DNA of 32,000 bases from Candidatus Woesearchaeota archaeon (GCA_964367375.1 CAYIXG010000005.1:1-32000), one strand, 5' to 3'; counted from the first letter of the stretch, positions 16,409 through 24,304 are shown. Numbers and translations: made by a program. The notes: generated by a model not told the origin, from the sequence alone.

Positions 16409-16409
16409 C

Positions 16410-16712
16410 ATGAAAAAGTGTTCAGAATGTAATGGAATCATGCACGAGTTAACAGCTCAAACACCCGAGAATATCGAATACTCCTATTACAAATGCAAAA
16501 AATGCGGAGAAGAAGTTGTCGATATGAAGCAATTACACCATGTGGCAGATCAGTATAGGATTTTGAAGAAATATCAAGTACGACTTTCAAAATGGGGTTT
16601 AAGTTTAGGATTGAGGATTCCCAAAGAATTAGTTGAGAAATACCATCTTAAGGATGAAGGAGAAGTAGCAATTATACCTGAGAAAAAAGGAATTCGAATA
16701 ATCCCCTCCTAA
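16410..16712 (+). CDS. Zn-ribbon (MqsA/YgiT-like) fused to an AbrB/MazE/SpoVT-type DNA-binding domain
   Basis: GAGGAGGGG lies 5-8 nt before the ATG at 16410, which starts 2 nt after the kinase stop. The Zn ribbon is CSECNG...YYKCKKCGEE. The swapped-hairpin region is LSKWGLSLGLRIPKELVEKYHLKDEGEVAIIPEKKGIRIIP. Confidence 0.7.
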   Translation: MKKCSECNGIMHELTAQTPENIEYSYYKCKKCGEEVVDMKQLHHVADQYRILKKYQVRLSKWGLSLGLRIPKELVEKYHLKDEGEVAIIPEKKGIRIIPS

Positions 16713-16818
16713 TATCAGAGACATTAAATACTTTTTTTGAATACATAAAACTTAAATCATTCTTTGAGAAATAAAGTTCTAAACTATCTATTTAATAATT
16801 CTTGCAAGATTTTTCGTT

Positions 16819-18258
16819 TCATTTTCTATTACAACCAATCAATCTTTTATAACCAAGATGTAGCAAGTGATGTTCCCTCCTTACTCTTTTTACTACAGAA
16901 TTACTAACACCTAATTTATTTGTAATCTCAGAAACTTTTATAATTGGCTTTTCTTTATACAGCTGGATTATCTGTTGAATTTTTTCTTCTGGAATCTTAC
17001 AGTTCGCTTTATGACCTCTCCTCACGCCGTATCTTTGGCACGTTCTCCGTACAATATTTTCATCGATATCATACTTTTGAGCAATTTTTTTCTGGGATAG
17101 GTAAGGATTATTTGCTGCAAGGGTTGCTATTTCTTCACGTAACCATTCTTGAGTTTTTATTTTTCTTTTCCCAAGATTATTGTCCTTTAAAACGCGTTGA
17201 ACTTTCAGTCTTCCTATAAAAACTCTTTCTGCTAGTTCTCGCGTGTTCGTGATCCCCTTCTTGTAAAGTTCTAGAATCTTATCAACCTTCTCTTGAGATG
17301 TCTTGTTCCATACATTTACTCCTCTCTTTTTGAAATAGTCTGTTTCATTCTTTATATTAAGATACCGTTGCATCATTTTCAAGAATTTTGCATATTTTTG
17401 TCTATGCAATGTCATCAGTCTTTGGTTGAGAAGATGGACGAGGTTTTCTTTTCTTGAAATAATGATGTCTTTATAATTTTTGTAAACTTTTGAAATAATT
17501 TTTAATCTTATTAGGCATCTTTGAATAATCAACCTTTCTTCTTCTTTTACTGCTGATATATGAACTCTAAACTTTTTATATTTATTATCCGATTCTACAC
17601 ATGCTTCACCAGCAATCATTCCTTGTAGAAACCCTCTAATTAACTCTTCTTCAAAAGTAGGCATTTCATTAACAATGTCTTTAATGAACTTCTTAAAAGC
17701 TTGACTCAATAAATTATTTTTAACAGTTATCGTTAATGCTCCTTCATTTTTGGGAATAATATTGTTTGTTTTATTTCTGTAAAGTAACGTTTTTGGATGT
17801 TTTTTATCAAAATCTAAATCTAATTGCATACACCACCATTCTGCTAATGAATCACGCAATTCTATTCTGAGTTCTTCATTTTCTGGTTCTCTTAAATTAA
17901 TCGTAATATTCCAACTCCATGATTTTCTTGAAATATCAAACTCATTCTCAAACCATTTTATCACCATTTTCAGTAATCTTGGATCACTATTACAGAAAAC
18001 GATAGCACCATTGTTTGTTTTACTCATTTCCGCTTGTAATAAACCTATAACCTGGAACGACTCTTTGGTTTTAGAAACGAATCTTGGTATTATCTCTGTA
18101 TATTCTTGTACACGTACTATACCATTTTTATCCGGATCATTTACCTTATAACAAAGGGTTATATGATCTTGTTCGATTCTTGCAGCTAAATCATGTTCTT
18201 TTTCTTCACCTGAAATTATTTTCTTTGGTAAGTATTCTACTAAATCTATTTTGTCCAT
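16819..18258 (-). CDS. Free-standing LAGLIDADG-type homing-endonuclease-like protein with three C-terminal HTH repeats
   Basis: There are two LAGLIDADG-like motifs with typical followers: FQVIGLLQAEMSK..GAIVFCNSDPRLLKMVIKWF and IRGFLQGMIAGEACVES...ISAVKEEERLIIQRCLIRLKI. Three helix-turn-helix-like repeats follow (KILELYKKGITNTRELAERV..., LSQKKIAQKYDIDENIVRR..., KVSEITNKLGVSNSVVKRV...). The gene is much more AT-rich than its flanks. Confidence 0.6.
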   Translation of the reverse strand: MDKIDLVEYLPKKIISGEEKEHDLAARIEQDHITLCYKVNDPDKNGIVRVQEYTEIIPRFVSKTKESFQVIGLLQAEMSKTNNGAIVFCNSDPRLLKMVIKWFENEFDISRKSWSWNITINLREPENEELRIELRDSLAEWWCMQLDLDFDKKHPKTLLYRNKTNNIIPKNEGALTITVKNNLLSQAFKKFIKDIVNEMPTFEEELIRGFLQGMIAGEACVESDNKYKKFRVHISAVKEEERLIIQRCLIRLKIISKVYKNYKDIIISRKENLVHLLNQRLMTLHRQKYAKFLKMMQRYLNIKNETDYFKKRGVNVWNKTSQEKVDKILELYKKGITNTRELAERVFIGRLKVQRVLKDNNLGKRKIKTQEWLREEIATLAANNPYLSQKKIAQKYDIDENIVRRTCQRYGVRRGHKANCKIPEEKIQQIIQLYKEKPIIKVSEITNKLGVSNSVVKRVRREHHLLHLGYKRLIGCNRK

Positions 18259-18379
18259 TTATTTTACCCAAAAGAATTAAATATTTTTCTGAATAAATAG
18301 AGTACGCCCCTGTTTGAGAAGTGAATTTTGTTTGTGAATTATATATTTGAGTTATGCGATATCTGGTTTGTCTTTCCCT

Positions 18380-18411
18380 TCAAAAATTAATGAATCTAGC
18401 CTTATCAGGCT
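18380..18411 (-). terminator. Possible terminator after rps9 (short hairpin plus T-run)
   Basis: On the minus strand, AGCCU-GAUA-AGGCU (18398-18411) lies 15 nt after the S9 stop. It is followed by ...aauuuuu. Confidence 0.3.
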
Positions 18412-18425
18412 TAAATCTTCTTGCA

Positions 18426-18827
18426 TCAACGATACGATTTCTGTCGTTTTTTTCTCGGCTTAGAATCGTTCGGTTTATGAGGTTCATTGCGACGCACATC
18501 GGCCGTGACTAGGTTCCAATCATAGTCCAAGAAATCCTGACGCAGCTGCTTGCTCTTCGCAAATTGTACAAGCCCTTTCGCAATCGCCAAGCGCGCAGCC
18601 TCAGCCTGACTCTGAATACCGCCACCCCTCACATTCACATCAATATTCACCTTGCTTGCGTGATCCTGCGCAATCATCAATGGCTCTTCAATTCGCATGC
18701 GGCACATCTTCGGCTCGTACACATCCAATAATTGCTTATTGATGCGCACAATCCCCTTTCCTTCGCGCACTGTCGCGCGCGCTATTGCGCGCTTTCTCTT
18801 TCCTGATGTGTGCACGATCTTTTGCAT
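18426..18827 (-). CDS. rps9: 30S ribosomal protein S9 (uS9)
   Basis: GKRKRAIARATVREGKGIVRINK is present and the protein ends ...RKKRQKSYR. Confidence 0.95.
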   Translation of the reverse strand: MQKIVHTSGKRKRAIARATVREGKGIVRINKQLLDVYEPKMCRMRIEEPLMIAQDHASKVNIDVNVRGGGIQSQAEAARLAIAKGLVQFAKSKQLRQDFLDYDWNLVTADVRRNEPHKPNDSKPRKKRQKSYR

Positions 18828-18828
18828 G

Positions 18829-19242
18829 TTATTCCTTCCTTCCTATTGCATTGCAAATTTCTTTCACAGTCACATATTTAAGACTTTTTGTCTTTCCTGT
18901 CGGAACCTCGATCATTTCCTGCTTCTTTTCCTTCATTTCCTCAGGAACACCAATAAAACATTTAATCCTTTTATATGCTACTTTTCCCCGCTCTCTATCC
19001 CATGGCAACATTCCCCGTATGGACCGCTTGACAAACATATCCTCTCTTCTGTACACAAAAGGACCCTTATATGGATGGCCCCGATGCAGCTTATGCTTGT
19101 ACTTTGCAAGGATATTCTCCCAACTTCCCGTCACAATCGCTTGATCTGCATTGACAATCATTATCTCCTCACCTTGCAATGCTTTCTTTGCAGCAAGCGT
19201 TCCCAACCTTCCCAGAATAACATTCTTTGCGTCAATGATCAT
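18829..19242 (-). CDS. rpl13: 50S ribosomal protein L13 (uL13)
   Basis: MIIDAKNVILGRLGTLAAKKALQGEEIMIVNADQAIVTG is present. It sits immediately upstream of rps9 with a 1-nt gap. Confidence 0.95.
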   Translation of the reverse strand: MIIDAKNVILGRLGTLAAKKALQGEEIMIVNADQAIVTGSWENILAKYKHKLHRGHPYKGPFVYRREDMFVKRSIRGMLPWDRERGKVAYKRIKCFIGVPEEMKEKKQEMIEVPTGKTKSLKYVTVKEICNAIGRKE

Positions 19243-19502
19243 CTTATAGCCCTGTACGAAATATTTCCATTTTCACCATTCTTTTCAACTAAACCAATTT
19301 GTTGTGCATATTGCAGCCCTCTCAATAGTTGTATACTCGTTGCGTCATCTGGTCCATAGCCTCTCATTTGCGTCAACACATCTCTTATCTGCATTTCTCC
19401 TCCATTCCTATCCAACACTTCTAACGCAAGATTCGCCAAATCATCTATTGTTCTCTGATCTGTTGGTTCATTCATCCTCTGCAACATGTGATGATGCCCC
19501 AT
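19239..19502 (-). CDS. Small hypothetical protein (possible winged-helix) inserted between rpl18e and rpl13
   Basis: 87-aa ORF that exactly fills the gap. Its start overlaps the L18e stop (TAATG) and its stop overlaps the L13 start by 4 nt. The helical N-terminus plus LLRGLQYAQQIGLVEKNGENGNISYRAI resembles a wHTH recognition helix and wing. Confidence 0.55.
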   Translation of the reverse strand: MGHHHMLQRMNEPTDQRTIDDLANLALEVLDRNGGEMQIRDVLTQMRGYGPDDATSIQLLRGLQYAQQIGLVEKNGENGNISYRAIR

Positions 19503-19852
19503 TATCCCAGTATCCTCACATTCTTTCCCTTTGGATTTTCCTTCATGAGATCGCGAATAGACATTGTTACCACCTTTTTCTTCGCTGACTGAGAAAAACT
19601 CATTGCAGCAACCTTCACCTTTTTCTTCACTTCTCCACTTCCCAACACTTTTCCAGGCACAACAATAGTCTCGCCATCATTCGCATATCTTTCAATCTTG
19701 TATGTGTTCACTTCACGCCTCTCGCGCGTTGGCTTTTCCAAATCCTCTGCAACCCTTTTCCAGATTCCTACCTTATTTTCAGCGCTTACCTTCTTTAAGT
19801 CTTTGATTAATTCCTGTATTCCCTGATTTGTCGGACCTGTTGGTTTTCCCAT
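19502..19852 (-). CDS. rpl18e: 50S ribosomal protein L18e (eL18)
   Basis: Motifs are GPTNQGIQELIKDLKK...IWKRVAEDLEKPTRERREVN...VVPGKVLGSGEV...KENPKGKNVRILG. Confidence 0.92.
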   Translation of the reverse strand: MGKPTGPTNQGIQELIKDLKKVSAENKVGIWKRVAEDLEKPTRERREVNTYKIERYANDGETIVVPGKVLGSGEVKKKVKVAAMSFSQSAKKKVVTMSIRDLMKENPKGKNVRILG

Positions 19853-20009
19853 CTATTATTCCTCAACATCCTGCAAGAACACGGTCATTCCTACTTGACG
19901 CTTTCGCTCGCAGGATAGTTCATCAAGAAAAACAACTCTTCTTAAACCTTTTGGTTACTCTCTTATCAGAAACACAAACCTTATAATCTTCTTTTCTTTC
20001 TTTTCACTT

Positions 20010-20345
20010 ATGAAAGGAGGTATCATTCATCTTCACCGCAGAAAGAGGATTCACCAACACCACGAGAAATATCCCCACCCCAACAAGAACATACGCCTCC
20101 TTGATACTATTGTGAACATCACATCCGTTGTTGCACCATTGACAACCATCCCTCAACTGTACACCATCTGGATTGCACACAATGCTGCAGGCATATCAAC
20201 CCTCACGTGGCTCCTCTATTCACTCTTTACCATCCCTCTCCTCGTGTATAGCATCGTGCACAAAGCAAAACCCCTCATTATTATGTACACACTCTGGCTC
20301 TTCGTGAACAGCAGCGTTATGATCGGAACACTTCTTTATGCCTAA
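20010..20345 (+). CDS. SemiSWEET / PQ-loop family membrane protein with His-rich N-terminal tail
   Basis: Three predicted TM helices, with a PQ motif in the first (VVAPLTTIPQLYTIW). By eye it aligns with bacterial SemiSWEETs. The N-terminus reads HLHRRKRIHQHHEKYPHP. TATA cttataat lies about 24 nt upstream. Confidence 0.6.
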   Translation: MKGGIIHLHRRKRIHQHHEKYPHPNKNIRLLDTIVNITSVVAPLTTIPQLYTIWIAHNAAGISTLTWLLYSLFTIPLLVYSIVHKAKPLIIMYTLWLFVNSSVMIGTLLYA

Positions 20346-20422
20346 TCCTTTGTTGAATACACACATCTTCTTTTCTATTCTTTTAATGATTTAGTGCACT
20401 ACGCATAAGAACTTAGGGTAAC

Positions 20423-20508
20423 TGCGGGGGACAGGATTTGAACCTGCGTATCCACTAAGGAACTAGCCCCTCAAGCTAGCGCACTTGACCAGACTATGCG
20501 ACCCCCGC
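20423..20508 (-). tRNA. tRNA-Leu(GAG): tRNA-Leu (anticodon GAG), no intron, no encoded CCA
   Basis: Hand-folded. The acceptor is GCGGGGG/CCCCCGC and the D stem GCAU/GUGC. The anticodon stem is CUAGC/GCUAG with loop UUGAGGG. The variable arm is 15 nt long, the T arm is GCAGG-UUCAAAU-CCUGU, and the discriminator is A. Confidence 0.93.
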
Positions 20509-20533
20509 ATACAAGAAAAAACTACCACCTTCT

Positions 20534-21310
20534 TTATTTAAGCTTTTTGAACTCTTTTGTAAACACATCAAGCTTTTCATCAAACGCTTTCACCGCTTCA
20601 GTCATCATTTCTTTTGGAGACAATTGACCCCACGATTCCACAGTAAACAAAAACTTCTCCTCTGACGCAGACACTTCAATTCCATTCTTCTCACACACCT
20701 CTTCAATCGCATCTGTCCATTTCGTAATATCCTTAATGTCCATCTTCTCGCCTTTCTCCACAAGATTATCATTCGACGCTTCGATGCATTTCTTCACACC
20801 TGTCTTCTTCACCACTTTTAACATTGGATATCCGCGATAATACACCAAGCCCGGAGCAAACTTTATATGCCGTTTCCCGACATCCAAAACTGCGGTTGCA
20901 ATTAATTTCACCTCTTGATTGTCCAATAATTTCACCAGAGGAATCTTTTCATATATTGGCTGCACTTCAGGATCTGCACTCTTTAAGTCAGATGCGTACA
21001 CTATTCCCGGCCCTTTCACCTCTAACGTGAACGTTAGCGTGCACTGCGCACATCCTTTTCCTTCACACTTACACTCTTCCTTTCTCTTATACGACTTCAA
21101 ATCCGTCTTTAACGGCACCAAGCCAAGACGCAGGGCGAGCACTTCATCAAACAATGCAGAATTATTCTTCTCAAACTCGACCTCTTCAATCGCGAGCGTT
21201 GGCACATCATCAATCGCGTACCGGCGCATCATGTTTGCAACTGCAGGATTAATACCCTCAATCACAAACACAACCCTATTTTCTTCCTTCTCTACTACTT
21301 TCAAGTTCAT
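20534..21310 (-). CDS. rpoD: DNA-directed RNA polymerase subunit D (Rpo3)
   Basis: FVIEGINPAVANMMRRYAIDDVPTLAIEEVEFEKNNSALFDEVLALRLGLVPLK is present, with a Cys cluster CKCEGKGCAQC in the insertion domain. Confidence 0.92.
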   Translation of the reverse strand: MNLKVVEKEENRVVFVIEGINPAVANMMRRYAIDDVPTLAIEEVEFEKNNSALFDEVLALRLGLVPLKTDLKSYKRKEECKCEGKGCAQCTLTFTLEVKGPGIVYASDLKSADPEVQPIYEKIPLVKLLDNQEVKLIATAVLDVGKRHIKFAPGLVYYRGYPMLKVVKKTGVKKCIEASNDNLVEKGEKMDIKDITKWTDAIEEVCEKNGIEVSASEEKFLFTVESWGQLSPKEMMTEAVKAFDEKLDVFTKEFKKLK

Positions 21311-21352
21311 TTTCTCCTAGCACGACCCTTAGATCGTTTATAAAGCTTCCCC

Positions 21353-22096
21353 CTACTTTATTCGATGCAACTGAATATCCCGCAACACGAGGCGCGCAGC
21401 GCGCTCCACATCTGGAATGCCCTGCTTCTTCAACACATGCTTTTTCCTCGCGATATCTTCCAATGTCTTTTCCTTATCATCATTCACATCCACCTTATAA
21501 AAACGCTCAATCATTCCCTTATTCTTTGTCATAATTTCCATCACTACTATATCAGGATCCGTCACCCGATCAAACATCTTTGAACCTAGCTGTATCAGCT
21601 CTATTATTTTCCTTTCGCCCTTCGGAAGAACTCCCGGCGTATCCATCAACATCACCCTTTGACTAATTCGTATCAATTGCATCCCCTTTGTAAAACCAGC
21701 AATACTTGAGGTGGGCGCAGACTTCTTCCCTCTTAATGCATTAATGACTGAACTCTTTCCCACATTCGGATAGCCAATCACTCCCACAATCACATTCTCC
21801 TTTTTCCTCTTGTTTGCTTCAATCATAATTCTCTGTCGCAACATTTGAATCCCGCGCTTCTGCTTTGTCGACACAAAAATTACTGGATGCATCTTCGCAT
21901 TCTCCACTCTCCTCACTAAATCAATCTTGTTCACCACAAATACCAACCTTTTCCCACTTCTTCTCACTAATGATTCAACTTGCGCATTCCTACTTTCTAC
22001 AACCATACGCGCATCAAGAATTTCGAGAACAATATCTGCCTCGTTAATAACCTTCTTCACAATATCACTATACTTCTTTTTCATCCCTCTTTTCAC
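21353..22096 (-). CDS. Circularly permuted GTPase of the YlqF/RbgA (YawG) ribosome-biogenesis family
   Basis: The G-motif order is permuted: G4 VVNKIDL, then G1 GYPNVGKSSVINAL, then G3 MDTPGV. Length is 247 aa. Confidence 0.82.
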   Translation of the reverse strand: MKRGMKKKYSDIVKKVINEADIVLEILDARMVVESRNAQVESLVRRSGKRLVFVVNKIDLVRRVENAKMHPVIFVSTKQKRGIQMLRQRIMIEANKRKKENVIVGVIGYPNVGKSSVINALRGKKSAPTSSIAGFTKGMQLIRISQRVMLMDTPGVLPKGERKIIELIQLGSKMFDRVTDPDIVVMEIMTKNKGMIERFYKVDVNDDKEKTLEDIARKKHVLKKQGIPDVERAARLVLRDIQLHRIK

Positions 22097-22152
22097 TCAC
22101 CACCCTCTTATATGGATTCCTCTTCCAGAACACAAACACTTTCTCAAGAAAT

Positions 22153-22572
22153 TTATACTCTTCTTCCTCTTCGACCGTGCGGCTTTCGACAACTGTCAGT
22201 TGGAGTGGCAGTCACATCCTCAATCATCCCAATTCGCAATCCTGAACGCGACAACGCGCGCACCGCAGCCTGCGCACCTGGACCTGGAGAATTCGGACCT
22301 GCATGGCCCCCTGGTGCACGAATCTTCACATGAATCGCATTAATACCCTTATCCCTTGCCTGCTCCGCAACCTGCTTCGCAGCATTCATCGCGGCAGTCG
22401 GAGACGCTTCCAATCGGTGCGCCTTCACCATCATCCCACCCGATGCGCGCGCAATCGTCTCAGAACCGGTAATGTCAGTAATGTGCACAATTGTGTTGTT
22501 ATAACTTGAATAAATATACGCAACTCCCCACCTCGACTCTTTCGGCTTCCCGTCTTTTTCCGCTTCTTTCAT
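22153..22572 (-). CDS. rps11: 30S ribosomal protein S11 (uS11)
   Basis: [33 protein letters not shown]...[14 protein letters not shown] is present. Confidence 0.95.
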   Translation of the reverse strand: MKEAEKDGKPKESRWGVAYIYSSYNNTIVHITDITGSETIARASGGMMVKAHRLEASPTAAMNAAKQVAEQARDKGINAIHVKIRAPGGHAGPNSPGPGAQAAVRALSRSGLRIGMIEDVTATPTDSCRKPHGRRGRRV

Positions 22573-23195
22573 TATCTCTTATCTCCCTGCCTTCTTTTTT
22601 TACCCCACTTCATCCTCCTCTTATCAACCCTTCCACCACCCTGCCTCATTGGCGTCACTTCCCTCTTTTTCTCCTTTTTCTCCAGAAGCACCCGCTCGGG
22701 ATGCTCAGGATTCGCAACCTTTGCATTCGGATCAAATGTGATCACTCTTTCTTCAGCCCTCTTCACCAAATATGAGGGACTGTCCACTTTTCTCTCGCCC
22801 ACCATCACTTGCCGATGCACAATAAACTGTCTTGCCTGCAACGGCGTGCGCGCAAGCCTTTGATTCACAAGCTGCGTTTGCAATCTCCTGTCGAGCACTG
22901 CATCAATCTCCAAATCAAGCAGGTTATCTAATGCAGCATTCTCCGGCACCAATCCTAAAGAATATGCCCTTTGAAGAAGGGCCTGCTTTTCCTTTTGACC
23001 CTGCTCGTCCTGCCGCGTCAATAACTCCTTTGCCTGACGCTTCATCTTCTTCAACACAAAATCCATCTTCCAAATCTCATACTTCCTTCGCAACCCATAC
23101 TTCTTTTGCAACTCGCTTTCCCTCTCCATGCGCACCGCTTGCCAAGGATGAGAAGGAGTTTCGTACTTTCTTCGCTGCTTCTTTGGATCCCCCAT
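22572..23195 (-). CDS. rps4: 30S ribosomal protein S4 (uS4) with extended basic C-terminus
   Basis: [18 protein letters not shown], then [40 protein letters not shown], then a tail ...[35 protein letters not shown]. Confidence 0.93.
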   Translation of the reverse strand: MGDPKKQRRKYETPSHPWQAVRMERESELQKKYGLRRKYEIWKMDFVLKKMKRQAKELLTRQDEQGQKEKQALLQRAYSLGLVPENAALDNLLDLEIDAVLDRRLQTQLVNQRLARTPLQARQFIVHRQVMVGERKVDSPSYLVKRAEERVITFDPNAKVANPEHPERVLLEKKEKKREVTPMRQGGGRVDKRRMKWGKKRRQGDKR

Positions 23196-23659
23196 TACTC
23201 CTTCCCTCCACTCTTTGCCTGCGCTTGCTGCATCTTCTTCTTCTGCACTCCTACAGATGCTCCAGTCCTGAAGTGACTCTTTGTCTTTTGTCCGCGCACC
23301 GGCTGCCCTGCTGAATGTCGCATACCCTTGTATGTCTTCAACTTCTTCATCAACCGAATATCAAACTCTTGCTGCAACTTCAAATCAGCACTCACCAGGT
23401 GCCTATCCTTTCCTGACTCCTGATCACGCCTCCTGTTATACATCCACGAAGGTATTTTTTCCAGCGTCTTAATTTCCTGCTCAATCGTCTGGATCTCCTC
23501 ATCAGTTAACTCGCCAATCTTCTTCCGCTTATCAATGCTTAAAATCTGACAGATTGCGTTCGCAAACGAGAATCCGATGCCCTTCACCTTTGCCAAGGCG
23601 ACATGCATTTGCTTTTTCCCATCTATATCAGCATTTGCAATTCGTACCAGTTCTTTCAT
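23195..23659 (-). CDS. rps13: 30S ribosomal protein S13 (uS13)
   Basis: RIANADIDGKKQMHVALAKVKGIGFSFANAICQ and GMRHSAGQPVRGQKTKSH are present. A minus-strand TATA (cgtttttaaag) and GGTGGTGA lie upstream. Confidence 0.94.
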   Translation of the reverse strand: MKELVRIANADIDGKKQMHVALAKVKGIGFSFANAICQILSIDKRKKIGELTDEEIQTIEQEIKTLEKIPSWMYNRRRDQESGKDRHLVSADLKLQQEFDIRLMKKLKTYKGMRHSAGQPVRGQKTKSHFRTGASVGVQKKKMQQAQAKSGGKE

Positions 23660-23728
23660 TCACCACCCACGAGAAAGAGGCTTTAAAAACGTATCGCTTC
23701 TTTTGCACTTTCCTGCCACGAAAACTGC

Positions 23729-24289
23729 TTAATGCCCTACAAAAATCCTGTGCTTATCCTCTTCCTTCATCTCCATGATGATCCTGCGTACAATCGCATT
23801 TTCCGGATTCGGCATCAACTTTACCCGCACTCGCAAATCCTCAAACGACTCAAATGTCTTCTTCTCCCGCTCTTCCAAAATCTCTTGCATGTGCTTCTTT
23901 CCCACGCCTGGAAGTAATTCCAGCTGGTGGCGACGCATGTTAATCGGGGCAGCCTTGTTAAAAAACTCCACAAACTTCAGCTCATTCTGCGTCACCATAT
24001 CTCGTATCAATGTTTCCACACCCAACTTTGCAGTCTGGGTTAACTTGTCAAAAGGAATCCTGCCTGCAATGTGATGAATCTTCTCCCTCTTCCCCTCTCC
24101 CATGTACACTTCCTCATTTAACTGGAGAAACACTTCTTTTTTTGGCACTAACTCAAGCAGAATAAAATGTTCCTTTCCCAACGCCTGTGCTATCGGCGTC
24201 TTCATGTGCAGAGGGCGCTTGTCGAATGGATATCCATTTGGCAAAAAGTCCAGAATAATCGCTCGTTCTTCCTTTATCCTCGGCACCAT
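23729..24289 (-). CDS. DUF655 (COG1491) predicted nucleic-acid-binding protein
   Basis: AIILDFLPNGYP, FVEFFNKAAPINMRRHQLELLPGVGKKHMQEILEERE and FESFEDL are present. The archaeal synteny L21e-RpoF-DUF655 is conserved here. Confidence 0.85.
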   Translation of the reverse strand: MVPRIKEERAIILDFLPNGYPFDKRPLHMKTPIAQALGKEHFILLELVPKKEVFLQLNEEVYMGEGKREKIHHIAGRIPFDKLTQTAKLGVETLIRDMVTQNELKFVEFFNKAAPINMRRHQLELLPGVGKKHMQEILEEREKKTFESFEDLRVRVKLMPNPENAIVRRIIMEMKEEDKHRIFVGH

Positions 24290-24304
24290 GTTTCATAATC
24301 CTCA

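Noticed and set aside
15782-16712. Reading the P-loop kinase plus AbrB-like pair as a zeta-toxin-like toxin-antitoxin module
   Set aside because: The kinase lid (RGRDFD...Y) and overall length fit deoxynucleoside kinases better than zeta toxins. The gene order (kinase first) and the upstream coupled HAD gene are not typical of epsilon/zeta systems. It is kept only as a low-probability alternative in the operon finding.
18697-19359. 220-aa and 119-aa plus-strand ORFs over rps9 and rpl13
   Set aside because: They are antisense to unambiguous ribosomal protein genes.
19853-20009. Possible C/D-box sRNA between tRNA-Leu and rpl18e: minus-strand UGAUGA, a 12-nt spacer, and a 7-bp inverted repeat atcctgc...gcaggat
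   Set aside because: No CUGA D or D' boxes are present at the required positions and the C' box is degenerate. The inverted repeat alone is insufficient.
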